Virus record (IMG/VR): IMGVR_UViG_3300037521_000133
Location: 1 to 50,830 of that record
Source of the DNA: a virus
Lineage: Duplodnaviria; Caudoviricetes
Direction: 5' to 3' (one strand)
DNA length: 50,830 nucleotides
The notes under the pieces: generated by a model
What the model was told of the DNA's origin: nothing
Databases searched by the model: none
What the model saw: the letters and a program-made list of their open reading frames with translations, nothing else
Translations under genes and position numbers: made by a program
Shown: positions 25,322 through 34,542 of the stretch, piece by piece
Numbering within the stretch: the first letter of the stretch is position 1
Layout: each line of letters starts with the position of its first letter

Positions 25322-25813
25322 ATGGATACTAAAGCCAACTATAAAAAGGAGGCTCTTAAACGTTTAGGCAACTCAAAGCCATTACTCAATGCAATGCTAG
25401 GAGAATGGATAGGTTGCGGAATAAGCCGAGAGGTATTTGAGTGTCCCTACGATGAACGATTAGTTATTAAGGTGGCTATCGACACGCCAAACGCAAACGT
25501 TTTAGAGTGGGAGATGTGGGATATAGTACAGTATTCCGATCAATCTAAGTGGTTTGCCCCATGTGAGTTCATTTCAGATGATGGTTTAATCCTAGTACAG
25601 AAACGCACAACACCACTCGAAGATACTAAAGGCTTACGTATACCGACATACTTCACCGATGTGAAAGACTCTAACTTTGGAACGATAGACGGGGAGGTGG
25701 TTTGTCACGATTATGCTAGCAGTTTAGTAAGATTTATGTTGTTTGGTATGCCTAACCGATTGGTTGATTATAACAGGGCATATAAAAGGTGCGATGGTGT
25801 CAGAGAGAGTTAA
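25322..25813 (+). CDS. Minimal protein-kinase-like enzyme
   Basis: Gly loop IGCGISREV, LVIK lysine, NVLE alphaC Glu, catalytic DVKDSN, metal-binding HDYA. Confidence 0.75.
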   Translation: MDTKANYKKEALKRLGNSKPLLNAMLGEWIGCGISREVFECPYDERLVIKVAIDTPNANVLEWEMWDIVQYSDQSKWFAPCEFISDDGLILVQKRTTPLEDTKGLRIPTYFTDVKDSNFGTIDGEVVCHDYASSLVRFMLFGMPNRLVDYNRAYKRCDGVRES

Positions 25814-25978
25814 TTTAGAAATCCAATACTAGAAAACACACCCAAAACATACAACAGCAAAGGATGTGTCTTTTTATCGAAAAGTATAAAACCGCATTTC
25901 ACGATACTAGGAATACAATAATAACACCAAACCCATTAATCTTATTTTCCCTATATTCGTAAAAACCTATAACAGACT

Positions 25979-26476
25979 ATGGGGGCACCTAAAGACAATA
26001 AGTTTTGGATGTTACGATCCAAACATGGTAGAGACACGATATTTGCAACACCTCAAACAATGAAAGAGGCGTGTTATGAATATTTCGAGTACCAATCAGA
26101 ACAATCATGGGAAAGAGTTGACTTTAAGGGCAAAGAAGTCGAAGAGGTCAAAATCCCTACATCGTCACCATTCACATTAACAGGATTGTGCATTTTCTTA
26201 GACGTTAACACTGATTATTTCAATCAATTTGAATCAAACTTAAAAGGTAAAACGGATAAGAAATCAAAAGATTTTTCTGGGGTCATCACACACATAAGAG
26301 ATATCATCTACAGTCAAAAGTTTGAGGGCGCGGCTGTTGGAGCTTACAACGCTAACATAATTGCACGTGATTTAGGCATAGTTGATAAACAAGAATTAGA
26401 CATTAAAGGCGTTCTTTCAGAAGAAGATCGAGAGAAGCGTATTAAGGCGTTAGAGCAAAAAATGAAAGACTCTTGA
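25979..26476 (+). CDS. terS: Terminase small subunit (P22 gp3-like)
   Basis: APKDNKFW..RSKHGR, PFTLTGLCIFL, QKFEGAAVGAYNANIIARDLG. Confidence 0.9.
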   Translation: MGAPKDNKFWMLRSKHGRDTIFATPQTMKEACYEYFEYQSEQSWERVDFKGKEVEEVKIPTSSPFTLTGLCIFLDVNTDYFNQFESNLKGKTDKKSKDFSGVITHIRDIIYSQKFEGAAVGAYNANIIARDLGIVDKQELDIKGVLSEEDREKRIKALEQKMKDS

Positions 26477-27900
26477 GCCTCACAGATGCCGAAATATACG
26501 AATTAGAGGAACTTTACGAGGAAAGGGAGGTTGACAAGCGTTATCAAGTTCTAAGAAATCCCACAGAGGCTAATTCAAGCCCTAACTATCGAGTATTACA
26601 TGAAGCTATAGAGACTCAGGAATGGGTAAAAGATAAAAAGGGTGTGCCTAAATTGGAGTCGGGTTATGCCGGTTACATCCTTGAAGGAAGCTCAAGAAGC
26701 ACAAAAACGTGGTCAGGAATCGATATAATCATTTGGTTGTGTACAGAACGTCACAAAGACAAGGGGTGTAAGATCAACATATATCGAGAGACTTATAATG
26801 AATTCAAAGAGACACTATATGATGACTTCAGACAGAGATTAGATGATTTCGATTTAGACAACAAATTCAAACGAGCAGACGAAATAAAGACATTCAAAAT
26901 AGGAAAGAGCCGTATTGCCTTCTTAGGAGATGGAAAACATGGTGGTACGTGTGATTATGCCTTTTACAATGAAGCAATGTTTATCAAAAGACAGGTGTTT
27001 GATCAATCTGAAATGAGGTGCAATATATTTTGGTGGATGGATTACAACCCATCATTTACACATCATTGGGTATTTGACAATGTACAGCCTCGACATGATG
27101 TAGGATTCTTACGCACAACGTTTAAAGACAACAAATTCATATCACCAACACAGCTTAACAAAATATTAAGCTACGAGCCTTGGTTGCCTGATTCGTATTA
27201 CATCGAGAATAACGTATTGATGTATGATGGTAAATTGATTACCGAGAAACATCAACCGCCACCCCATCCAGTAAATACAGAAAATGGTACACGTGATGAG
27301 TTCATGTGGAAAGTGTACGGTTTAGGATTGCGTGGAGCAATGAAAGGATTGATTTATCCGTTATACACACGTATAGACAAATTCCCAAACATTGCATTTA
27401 CTTATGGTCTGGATTTTGGGTTTACTGTAGATCCCTCAGCACTCGTTAAATACGCTCGTAAAGGTAGAAACATCTACATTCAGCCCCTTTGGTATAAGCC
27501 AACCGAGACAAGTGAGGAAATGCACCAAGCCTTAAGAGCATGTAAAGTCCGAATGATCACACCAATCACAGCTGATAGTGCTGATAAATACGTTTCTGAG
27601 CGTAAAGGTGTGGTTCAAATGGTACGTGAATTGTTCGCCAGGGGTTGGGAAATTGCCAAAGTGTCAAAAACAAAAGGTATCATGTTCTGGATAACTGACA
27701 TGAAGAGTTACAAGATTCATATAGTTGTCGATTTGTCAACAGAACACGGTAGGGCTATGTGGAAAGCCATTAAAAAGGAGTTGGAGAACTACAAGATGAA
27801 AGAGGTTCAAGGCATCCTAATCAACCAGCCAATCGACGGATTTGATCATTTGCTTTCGGCAGCACGCTACGCTCATATGGCACACGGTCAAGAGTTGTAG
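26473..27900 (+). CDS. terL: Terminase large subunit
   Basis: Walker A EGSSRSTKT, Walker B AFYNEA, DYNP, nuclease GLDFG..DP, ADSA, DH. Confidence 0.9.
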   Translation: MSLTDAEIYELEELYEEREVDKRYQVLRNPTEANSSPNYRVLHEAIETQEWVKDKKGVPKLESGYAGYILEGSSRSTKTWSGIDIIIWLCTERHKDKGCKINIYRETYNEFKETLYDDFRQRLDDFDLDNKFKRADEIKTFKIGKSRIAFLGDGKHGGTCDYAFYNEAMFIKRQVFDQSEMRCNIFWWMDYNPSFTHHWVFDNVQPRHDVGFLRTTFKDNKFISPTQLNKILSYEPWLPDSYYIENNVLMYDGKLITEKHQPPPHPVNTENGTRDEFMWKVYGLGLRGAMKGLIYPLYTRIDKFPNIAFTYGLDFGFTVDPSALVKYARKGRNIYIQPLWYKPTETSEEMHQALRACKVRMITPITADSADKYVSERKGVVQMVRELFARGWEIAKVSKTKGIMFWITDMKSYKIHIVVDLSTEHGRAMWKAIKKELENYKMKEVQGILINQPIDGFDHLLSAARYAHMAHGQEL

Positions 27901-27916
27901 AATTGAATATTATTAG

Positions 27917-28041
27917 TATATTGCGGTATCTGAAGTGGCTTGCAAATCACAAAGATCTTAATTTTGAAACCCTTATACTGGAATGCCATGCAAGCGGCTA
28001 CTATATCTAGTGTAGGGGTTTTGACACGTAAAACAAGTATT
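27917..28041 (+). promoter_or_regulatory. Promoter plus kissing-loop leader, copy C
   Basis: TATATTGC; AAGTGG-CTTGCAAA-TCACAAA; stem AAACCCTTATACTGGA-ATGCC-ATGCAAGC-GGCTAC..TCTAGTGTAGGGGTTT. Confidence 0.75.
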
Positions 28042-28245
28042 ATGGAAATAGTAGGAAAATTATTAGTAGGATTATTAGTAGCGTTAGGATTAAGTTTATT
28101 GGTTTCCCTGCCAGTTTATTGGTTGTGGAATTGGTTAATGCCTGAAATATTCGGTTTGAAAGTAATTACATTTTGGCAGTCTTTAGGGCTTTCGTTATTA
28201 TGTAGCCTACTATTCAAGAACTCAAGTAGCAGTAGTAACGACTAA
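28042..28245 (+). CDS. Small membrane protein
   Basis: YWLWNWLMPEIFGLKVITFWQSLGL; ATG at 28042 follows the leader. Confidence 0.75.
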   Translation: MEIVGKLLVGLLVALGLSLLVSLPVYWLWNWLMPEIFGLKVITFWQSLGLSLLCSLLFKNSSSSSND

Positions 28246-28255
28246 AACAAACATT

Positions 28256-28483
28256 ATGAAAATAGAAAGCCCATTAGAAGCTGAGATGTTGTTATGGTAC
28301 ATACATAGCCCAAACCCATTTCCTAGTATTGACACACCCGCATGTAAGTCATTAATTGAAAAATTTGAGAAGAATGGTATAATGAGATATAAGGACGACA
28401 AACTAATCATTGTCCAAGATGCGTTAGAATGTTTCATGAACAAGATTAGAGAGATTGAACTACCTAAACAAGTATGGGTTTAA
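28256..28483 (+). CDS. Hypothetical protein
   Basis: 75 aa ORF in the inserted cassette. Confidence 0.6.
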   Translation: MKIESPLEAEMLLWYIHSPNPFPSIDTPACKSLIEKFEKNGIMRYKDDKLIIVQDALECFMNKIREIELPKQVWV

Positions 28484-28502
28484 CGACTAACAACTATAGA
28501 GT

Positions 28503-28712
28503 ATGAAACTATTTAAACGAAAGAACAAAACCATAGAATTAGTCTTGTTGAAGCAGAAGCGCGAGAGATATATAAAGCTTGATGATTTACTTGTCGAAGG
28601 AGGATTTGTTCACCACACAAGCCAGAAACAAATGCATAGATTCTATCTTGATGAAATAACAAAAATGGAGGAAAGGATTGTAGAAATCTCACCTAAAATG
28701 ACCAAAGTATGA
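28503..28712 (+). CDS. Hypothetical protein
   Basis: 69 aa ORF. Confidence 0.6.
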   Translation: MKLFKRKNKTIELVLLKQKRERYIKLDDLLVEGGFVHHTSQKQMHRFYLDEITKMEERIVEISPKMTKV

Positions 28713-28960
28713 CAGCAGAAGAGAAAGCAAAGGAGTTGGTAAAGAAATATATTGATTATATGCCTAGCGTGAATGAGTATTACCAAGAGCATGAGCCAGA
28801 CGAAGATTCAGCGAAGGAATGCGCCTTAATAACGGTTGATGAGATACTTAATTCCACACCACTAACATCTTACCCTAAAAGCTATATTGAAAAACATGGA
28901 ATACCAGTAGGTTCAAAAGACTGGTGGAAAGAAGTAAGAACAGAAATTGAAAAGCTATGA
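28709..28960 (+). CDS. Hypothetical protein, paralog of 21638-21844
   Basis: KAKEL...AKECALITVDEIL...WKEVRTEIEKL. Confidence 0.7.
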   Translation: MTAEEKAKELVKKYIDYMPSVNEYYQEHEPDEDSAKECALITVDEILNSTPLTSYPKSYIEKHGIPVGSKDWWKEVRTEIEKL

Positions 28961-29136
28961 TAGAAGAGTTTGAGTTACTAAGCACCTATTTAAGTTGGTA
29001 CATCGACAACCTAAAGCCTGTAACCCTAGATTATCAACTAAAGGTATATGCTGAACACGGATACATCAACGAGGGTAGAACTCGACAACAGCTACCAAGT
29101 TTTGAACAATGGAAACAATTAACAACCGAATCCTAG
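28957..29136 (+). CDS. Small hypothetical protein (59 aa, not in track)
   Basis: ATGA overlap; LPSFEQWK. Confidence 0.55.
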   Translation: MIEEFELLSTYLSWYIDNLKPVTLDYQLKVYAEHGYINEGRTRQQLPSFEQWKQLTTES

Positions 29137-29174
29137 ACGGTTTCTAGGTAACTAAGTAATAGGTTAAAACATAT

Positions 29175-29380
29175 GGGGATATGACAGGGAAATGTTCAGA
29201 CAAATACAGAGTAGCTTTTAGCTAAAGGAAATCTGTAGAAGTGATTTTGTCGATGCTTTACTTCCTTGGTGTCAAATGGGTGGCGTGATTCGAATATCAA
29301 ACTAAAGGTAATCACTTACTTTTGATTGTTATCGTATATCATTAGATCGGTTGAAGGTTCGATTCCTTCTGTCCCTACTA
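29175..29380 (+). ncRNA. Expanded tRNA-like RNA (~206 nt)
   Basis: Acceptor GGGGATA/TGTCCCT followed by ACTA; perfect T-arm GAAGG-TTCGATT-CCTTC; ~170 nt structured interior. Confidence 0.6.
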
Positions 29381-29384
29381 AATT

Positions 29385-29413
29385 AAAGCGTGTCAGAAAT
29401 GATGCGCTTTTTT
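29385..29413 (+). terminator. Intrinsic terminator
   Basis: AAAGCGTGTCA-GAAA-TGATGCGCTTTTTT. Confidence 0.8.
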
Positions 29414-29506
29414 ACGCCCAAAAATTAATAACATTACACCCAATTTCTGTTTAATTTTCATTATGTTAAAATAATTCTTTAGTTTTGATTAAAATAACAT
29501 TCTTTA

Positions 29507-31255
29507 GTGTCACGAGAATTCATCGAACAGAAAATAGGATCACAATCGATTGCTGAGGCAAGACGACAACAGAAAGAACTCGCCTATTTTACCCAGTCAA
29601 GCATACAGCAACCAATTACTCAAGCGTATCTAAATCAATGGGTAGAGAAGGAATACGCGGGAAATGATGAGTTCCTAAACTGGATTAAAACGATATTTGG
29701 AGGTAACAACTTTTTATCGTTCTACAAGTATTTGAGTTTTCCAGTACCTTCAGCAAATATCGTAAACAATAAAATTCGACCTCAATTAGAAAGGGTTTTC
29801 TTCAGTGAAGATTCTTTTTTCAAATATACTATTAAGGGTCAACAGGTCGAAACGCCTGAAAGTCTCAATTTCGTTCATTTTGATCAGTGGATTTTAAACG
29901 CCATGATGTTTCGTCACAATGACATTCTTATTACCGATCTTGAGAAGATAAACACACCATTTCGAGATCTTATTTCTATTGATAATGTGGTGGCCTTGCA
30001 GTCATCAAAGAGTGTTATTGAAAGAATTGCGTACACGGCAGCAGTTCCAATCACAAAAGAAGACGGTACAGTTGACATGAGGAATGGTTTTCTCTACATG
30101 GATGACAAAGAGTACATCTTCTATGATGAGAAGGTTGAGCCAATTCTTACAGTTCCTCATGATTTAGGTAAATGTCCAGCGAATTATATTGTTCCTGAAC
30201 CATTTTCAGATGATGATATTGTGCGTAAATCAATATTCTCATTCGTCAATCCAAAATTAAAAGAATACAGTTTCTTGACAACACTACAGAGAATGACAGA
30301 CCCAAACGGTGTTGTTCCTGTAACGGCCATACTTAGATTCAAGGATAAAGGACAAGTTGATGGTGAAGCCGAAGATGTAGATTCTGTAGATAAAGCGCCA
30401 CCAACTCCCCTGTCTATTAGTAGCCAACAATCCAGACAACAAAGAGAAGTTGTAGGAAAAGAGAGCGAAACGCAAGCGGGAACGGTTATCGATGTAATAC
30501 CACGATTAAAAGAAGATGGTTCTATTGATTCAGCAGCAGTTCAGAATTATATCAAGTTCTATCACATGCCAGTTGAGTCGATGAAACACCTAAACGAGCG
30601 CATTCTACAAATAGAGAACGATATTATTCAATCGGTAACGGGTGACTTCAAGGAGCAAAACGAAGAGGCTCAGAACGAAAAACAAGTATCCAAGGGATTC
30701 ATAAGCAAAGAAGATGCGCTTAGAAAAGTGTCCAAAGGGATGTCCAGGATTAGAAAACTTTCCGATTTTGATATGTTAGCGTTAGAATTTGGTACGGAAC
30801 AAGTGACAAATGACGCATTCTATGGATCTGATTTCTTCCCTGAAACTCAAAATGAACTCTACAAACTTTTCGAAATAGCTCCAAACCCTATTGAGCGCAG
30901 AAATATTCTACTCAGATTAAGCCGAAATAAGAACAGGTTTAACAGAGACAAGGCAGAACGAGAAGAGATTTTGATAACATTGATGCCTTATTCAGCAGAT
31001 GTTGATTTTAATACGGCTGTAGATAATCAAAGAATCGATTCAATTAACTTTCAGTATTACACTAGATTTCCATATTGGATCGGAATATTTGAAGCGACCT
31101 ATGGAGACATAGTGATATTCTTTAATGACTTCCCTGAAGGAACGTCTAACGAAGCGAGACTAACATCAATAAACAATTTAATTAAGGATTTAATAACAAA
31201 AGCTGGAATACCTGAGCCACCGAAGCCAGAGCCAGTAAATACACCAACAACGTAA
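29507..31255 (+). CDS. Portal protein
   Basis: 582 aa, first large gene after terL; VPHDLGKCPA motif. Confidence 0.75.
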   Translation: MSREFIEQKIGSQSIAEARRQQKELAYFTQSSIQQPITQAYLNQWVEKEYAGNDEFLNWIKTIFGGNNFLSFYKYLSFPVPSANIVNNKIRPQLERVFFSEDSFFKYTIKGQQVETPESLNFVHFDQWILNAMMFRHNDILITDLEKINTPFRDLISIDNVVALQSSKSVIERIAYTAAVPITKEDGTVDMRNGFLYMDDKEYIFYDEKVEPILTVPHDLGKCPANYIVPEPFSDDDIVRKSIFSFVNPKLKEYSFLTTLQRMTDPNGVVPVTAILRFKDKGQVDGEAEDVDSVDKAPPTPLSISSQQSRQQREVVGKESETQAGTVIDVIPRLKEDGSIDSAAVQNYIKFYHMPVESMKHLNERILQIENDIIQSVTGDFKEQNEEAQNEKQVSKGFISKEDALRKVSKGMSRIRKLSDFDMLALEFGTEQVTNDAFYGSDFFPETQNELYKLFEIAPNPIERRNILLRLSRNKNRFNRDKAEREEILITLMPYSADVDFNTAVDNQRIDSINFQYYTRFPYWIGIFEATYGDIVIFFNDFPEGTSNEARLTSINNLIKDLITKAGIPEPPKPEPVNTPTT

Positions 31256-31268
31256 AACATAACAGACT

Positions 31269-31874
31269 ATGAAAAACGAAAAAAAAGAAAAAGAGCTAAT
31301 TGTAACGCTCAGAGTTTATCACCCAACTATCAGAAAGGATAAGGATGACAACCCGTACTATGAGAACCACCCCGTTAAAATCGAGGGATATGGTCGTTTA
31401 GCATGGAAAACATTCATGAAATCAGCTAAAATTCAGTACAAAAAAGTGTTAGTTGAAAAGGTACACGAAGAAACAATTTGGCTTGAAGATGGAAAGGATC
31501 GAAAAGGAAAGCCTATTAAAATTCGTAAAACCAAGTACGATCTTATTGAAACACCTCAAGAGATTATTGATGCGGTGGCTGAAGCAATGCAAAAAGTGAG
31601 TGAAAAACTTACTCCAGATCAGCAAAAAATAGTTGATTTAGAAGCTAAATCTAAATTACAAGAGGAGCAAATTGCTGAGTTAATGGCAAGCAACAATGGA
31701 AACACAACTACTGACACTGACACCGACACTTCTGGTAACGATTCGACCGATGTAGACAAAGAACTTGCCGCATGGAGAGAGAAGTACGAAAAAGTGATTG
31801 GTAAAAAGGCACACCCAATGTCAAAAGCTTCAACTTTAGAGAAGAAAATTGAAGAACATTTAGCAAAACAATAG
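31269..31874 (+). CDS. Head-module protein with C-terminal helical (HeH/Rho-N-like) domain
   Basis: T/D linker, then REKYEKVIGKKAHPMSKASTLEKKIEE. Confidence 0.6.
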   Translation: MKNEKKEKELIVTLRVYHPTIRKDKDDNPYYENHPVKIEGYGRLAWKTFMKSAKIQYKKVLVEKVHEETIWLEDGKDRKGKPIKIRKTKYDLIETPQEIIDAVAEAMQKVSEKLTPDQQKIVDLEAKSKLQEEQIAELMASNNGNTTTDTDTDTSGNDSTDVDKELAAWREKYEKVIGKKAHPMSKASTLEKKIEEHLAKQ

Positions 31875-31900
31875 TAACATATAAAAATTCATAACAGACT

Positions 31901-32167
31901 ATGGAAACAGGATTAAAAGCAGATAAGCTAACTGTAGGAAAAATGTATCAGTGTATCATTTCAGGAGAAAAAGGGCTAATTACAGAAAGCCAACGTCAAA
32001 CTGGAACGAAACCATCAGGAAAGAAAGACAAAGAAAAGAATGACATTCTAGAGCCAGTATTTGAAGACGTTAAGGCGTTGAAGTCTTTTTATAAAGATCC
32101 AAACGGGAAACCATCCTATTTGTACAGCGAGGTCAATGACGGACAGATGAAGGAAATCGAAGCTTAA
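31901..32167 (+). CDS. Small head-module protein
   Basis: LTVGKMY...NDGQMKEI; resembles the next gene. Confidence 0.65.
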   Translation: METGLKADKLTVGKMYQCIISGEKGLITESQRQTGTKPSGKKDKEKNDILEPVFEDVKALKSFYKDPNGKPSYLYSEVNDGQMKEIEA

Positions 32168-32193
32168 TTAACAATTTAACTAAATAACGGACT

Positions 32194-32421
32194 ATGAAAG
32201 TTAAAGATTTACAAGTGGGGAAATCCTACAAAAACAAGCAAACAAACGCTAGATACCTTGTTGAAAGAGGCGGCTTTTTGAGGCTTAAAAAGGTTGGTGT
32301 TATCCGAAGACTTATAGAAAACGGAAGTGTTGAAAAGGATATATATCCCTTAACAGATGGAATTCTAGAAGAATTAGGTGATGATGACTTGTCTAAAATA
32401 AGACAAAGACAACGCGATTAA
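32194..32421 (+). CDS. Small head-module protein
   Basis: LQVGKSY...TDGILEEL. Confidence 0.65.
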   Translation: MKVKDLQVGKSYKNKQTNARYLVERGGFLRLKKVGVIRRLIENGSVEKDIYPLTDGILEELGDDDLSKIRQRQRD

Positions 32422-32442
32422 TAATTAAACAGACTTAATATT

Positions 32443-33348
32443 ATGGCATTAGAAATAACAGAAGATCAAGCAACAGAATTAGGGCTTTCAACTGATCAGG
32501 TTGCAAAAGTAATTGGGTTCGTCAATCCTTGGCATGATTCACAACTAGCAGAATCAAAGAAAGGTTGGGACACCAAAGCAAATACGGACGCACAAGGTAT
32601 CTTAGACGGAGCAATGACAGGAATTGCTACAGCTACGAAAATAGCTCGTAACGAAGGTGAAAAAGCAATGGACTATATCCCACGTGCATGGGGGGCTTTC
32701 TCTAAATCAGAGACTGATAGTGTAGCCGCTTTAAAATTGGACTACGAAACAAAGCTTAAAGACTTTGACGGTGATGCAGGAACTAAAGAAGCCCTACGTG
32801 TATCAGAGGATAAACTTAATAAAGCTTTAGAAAAATATGCTAAGTTCGATGAGTTAAGCGAAACAGCAGGAAAGTATGATCCGCTAAAGGAGAAATACGA
32901 GTCTATGAAGAAGCTTGTTAGTTATGGCAACGTAAAGCCTGCCTTTCCTGATACTGTAGACGAATATAGAGCTACGGCTAAATGGAATGAGTTCATATCT
33001 AGAATAGAAAAAGACTGGATTGTTGAAGTTGATAAGGACGGAAAGTCAATCGCTAAGAGCAAAGAAAACGAGTACACTATTGTAGACTTGTCTTCGCTTG
33101 TTGAAAAGGATGAAGAAATTTCTAAACTCTTAGAAGGTAGAAAGCAAGACGGTCTTAACGGGAAAGAAAAGGATTTACAAGATGTCACGGACGTGCCTTT
33201 TAAAGTTCCTGCTGATGCTGATAGTATCGTTATATCGAAACTGATTAAAGAGTATTTGGCATCGAAGAATATTAACCCGATGACAGATGATCATACAAAA
33301 CAATTTGCTGAACTAAACAGCAAGATATTAAAGGGACTTAAAAAGTAA
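32443..33348 (+). CDS. Capsid scaffolding protein
   Basis: Charged coiled-coil, 301 aa, immediately upstream of the capsid gene. Confidence 0.7.
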   Translation: MALEITEDQATELGLSTDQVAKVIGFVNPWHDSQLAESKKGWDTKANTDAQGILDGAMTGIATATKIARNEGEKAMDYIPRAWGAFSKSETDSVAALKLDYETKLKDFDGDAGTKEALRVSEDKLNKALEKYAKFDELSETAGKYDPLKEKYESMKKLVSYGNVKPAFPDTVDEYRATAKWNEFISRIEKDWIVEVDKDGKSIAKSKENEYTIVDLSSLVEKDEEISKLLEGRKQDGLNGKEKDLQDVTDVPFKVPADADSIVISKLIKEYLASKNINPMTDDHTKQFAELNSKILKGLKK

Positions 33349-33445
33349 CAGACTACTTCCCTTAAACATCGAATAAAATTAGACAAGAAAATCGCAACGG
33401 ACTGCGTAGAACAATTATTTATTCATTCATTAAAAAAGCAAAATT

Positions 33446-34528
33446 ATGGCTTTATTAGATGCAACACAGTGGAATGATTGGCAAGACACATTCGCAACGA
33501 GCGATCAAAGATTCGCACCTCATGGTGTAGTCGATGTCTTCAAAGAATCCACTCCTTTTGCTAATTATATTTCAGCAGAAGCACGAGAAAGGCTGGCGAC
33601 TACTTCTTCTCTAAGAGAAGTGAAAATCCCAGTAATTAAAGAGCAAACGGTAACGGTTGTCGATACTCCTGGTTTCGAGTTTATTCCTGACAATCTTACA
33701 GAATCAGCAGAATACAGCTTTGTAGCGGTTGATTTCTTCTCTGGTTTCCGTCAATACAACTCACAGTATGCAAACAACACTATTGCAGCAGAGGAAGACA
33801 GAAACATTAAAATGACCAATATCGCTGATGCAATGGCAACGGCAATGGAGGTATTCGGAATCACGATCCTTGAGGCTAGAAAAACTCAAGTATTAGGCTT
33901 TACTGAGCAAGTAAATCACAGTGTAGGAGGTGGTACTTACGTGTTTAACGCGGGTACTGATACACTCGAAATCGACGAAGCAGCACAACAAGAAACAATG
34001 TTTGCTTCATTGACTGAGCTTATGCGTGCAAACAAATTGGGAGGGCAGTACATGTCTTTAGTTAGTCCAGCAGGATTGGCAACTCAAAAATTTGAAGCGC
34101 TTAAATTTGGTGAGAGCAATCAGCAAAACATTCGTGCGCTTGGTATGATTCCAGCGGAAGACATGCACAACTCTCACAGCCTTGCTCCAGGATCAGATAT
34201 TTTCAATGGCTTTTGGGTACGTAAAGGCGCTGTTGGTATTTATGGGAATTTCCCGTTCGACTTTAGAGCAGGAACAACATTGGCAGATCAGAAATGGTCA
34301 GTATCAGATGTAGAAATTGGGCCAACTCGAATGAGAGCGAATATCTACACTAACAAATTTGCGGCTAACGCAACTGGACTTGTAGGAACTGGAACGGACT
34401 CCAACCTTATCATGACGGCTGGTGAAGAAATGGCAATTTGGATTCGTGCTTATTATGTGTTTAAGTTCAACACAGATATTACATCGAGAGCAAATGATAT
34501 TGTCAAAATCAAAGGTTTAGCTGCTTAA
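33446..34528 (+). CDS. Major capsid protein
   Basis: 360 aa, A/T/G-rich, VKIPV motif, position after scaffold, strong start context. Confidence 0.75.
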   Translation: MALLDATQWNDWQDTFATSDQRFAPHGVVDVFKESTPFANYISAEARERLATTSSLREVKIPVIKEQTVTVVDTPGFEFIPDNLTESAEYSFVAVDFFSGFRQYNSQYANNTIAAEEDRNIKMTNIADAMATAMEVFGITILEARKTQVLGFTEQVNHSVGGGTYVFNAGTDTLEIDEAAQQETMFASLTELMRANKLGGQYMSLVSPAGLATQKFEALKFGESNQQNIRALGMIPAEDMHNSHSLAPGSDIFNGFWVRKGAVGIYGNFPFDFRAGTTLADQKWSVSDVEIGPTRMRANIYTNKFAANATGLVGTGTDSNLIMTAGEEMAIWIRAYYVFKFNTDITSRANDIVKIKGLAA

Positions 34529-34542
34529 AAAAAATAGAAATT

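Noticed and set aside
27940-28041. N-terminal extensions of track ORFs starting at 33, 5406 and 27940
   Set aside because: They run through the structured leaders; the downstream ATGs (129, 5388, 28042) have the typical TTATG context
29175-29380. tmRNA or canonical tRNA
   Set aside because: No G3-U70 pair, no tag-like ORF, shorter than typical tmRNA, and no identifiable 7-nt anticodon loop; kept as a tRNA-like ncRNA
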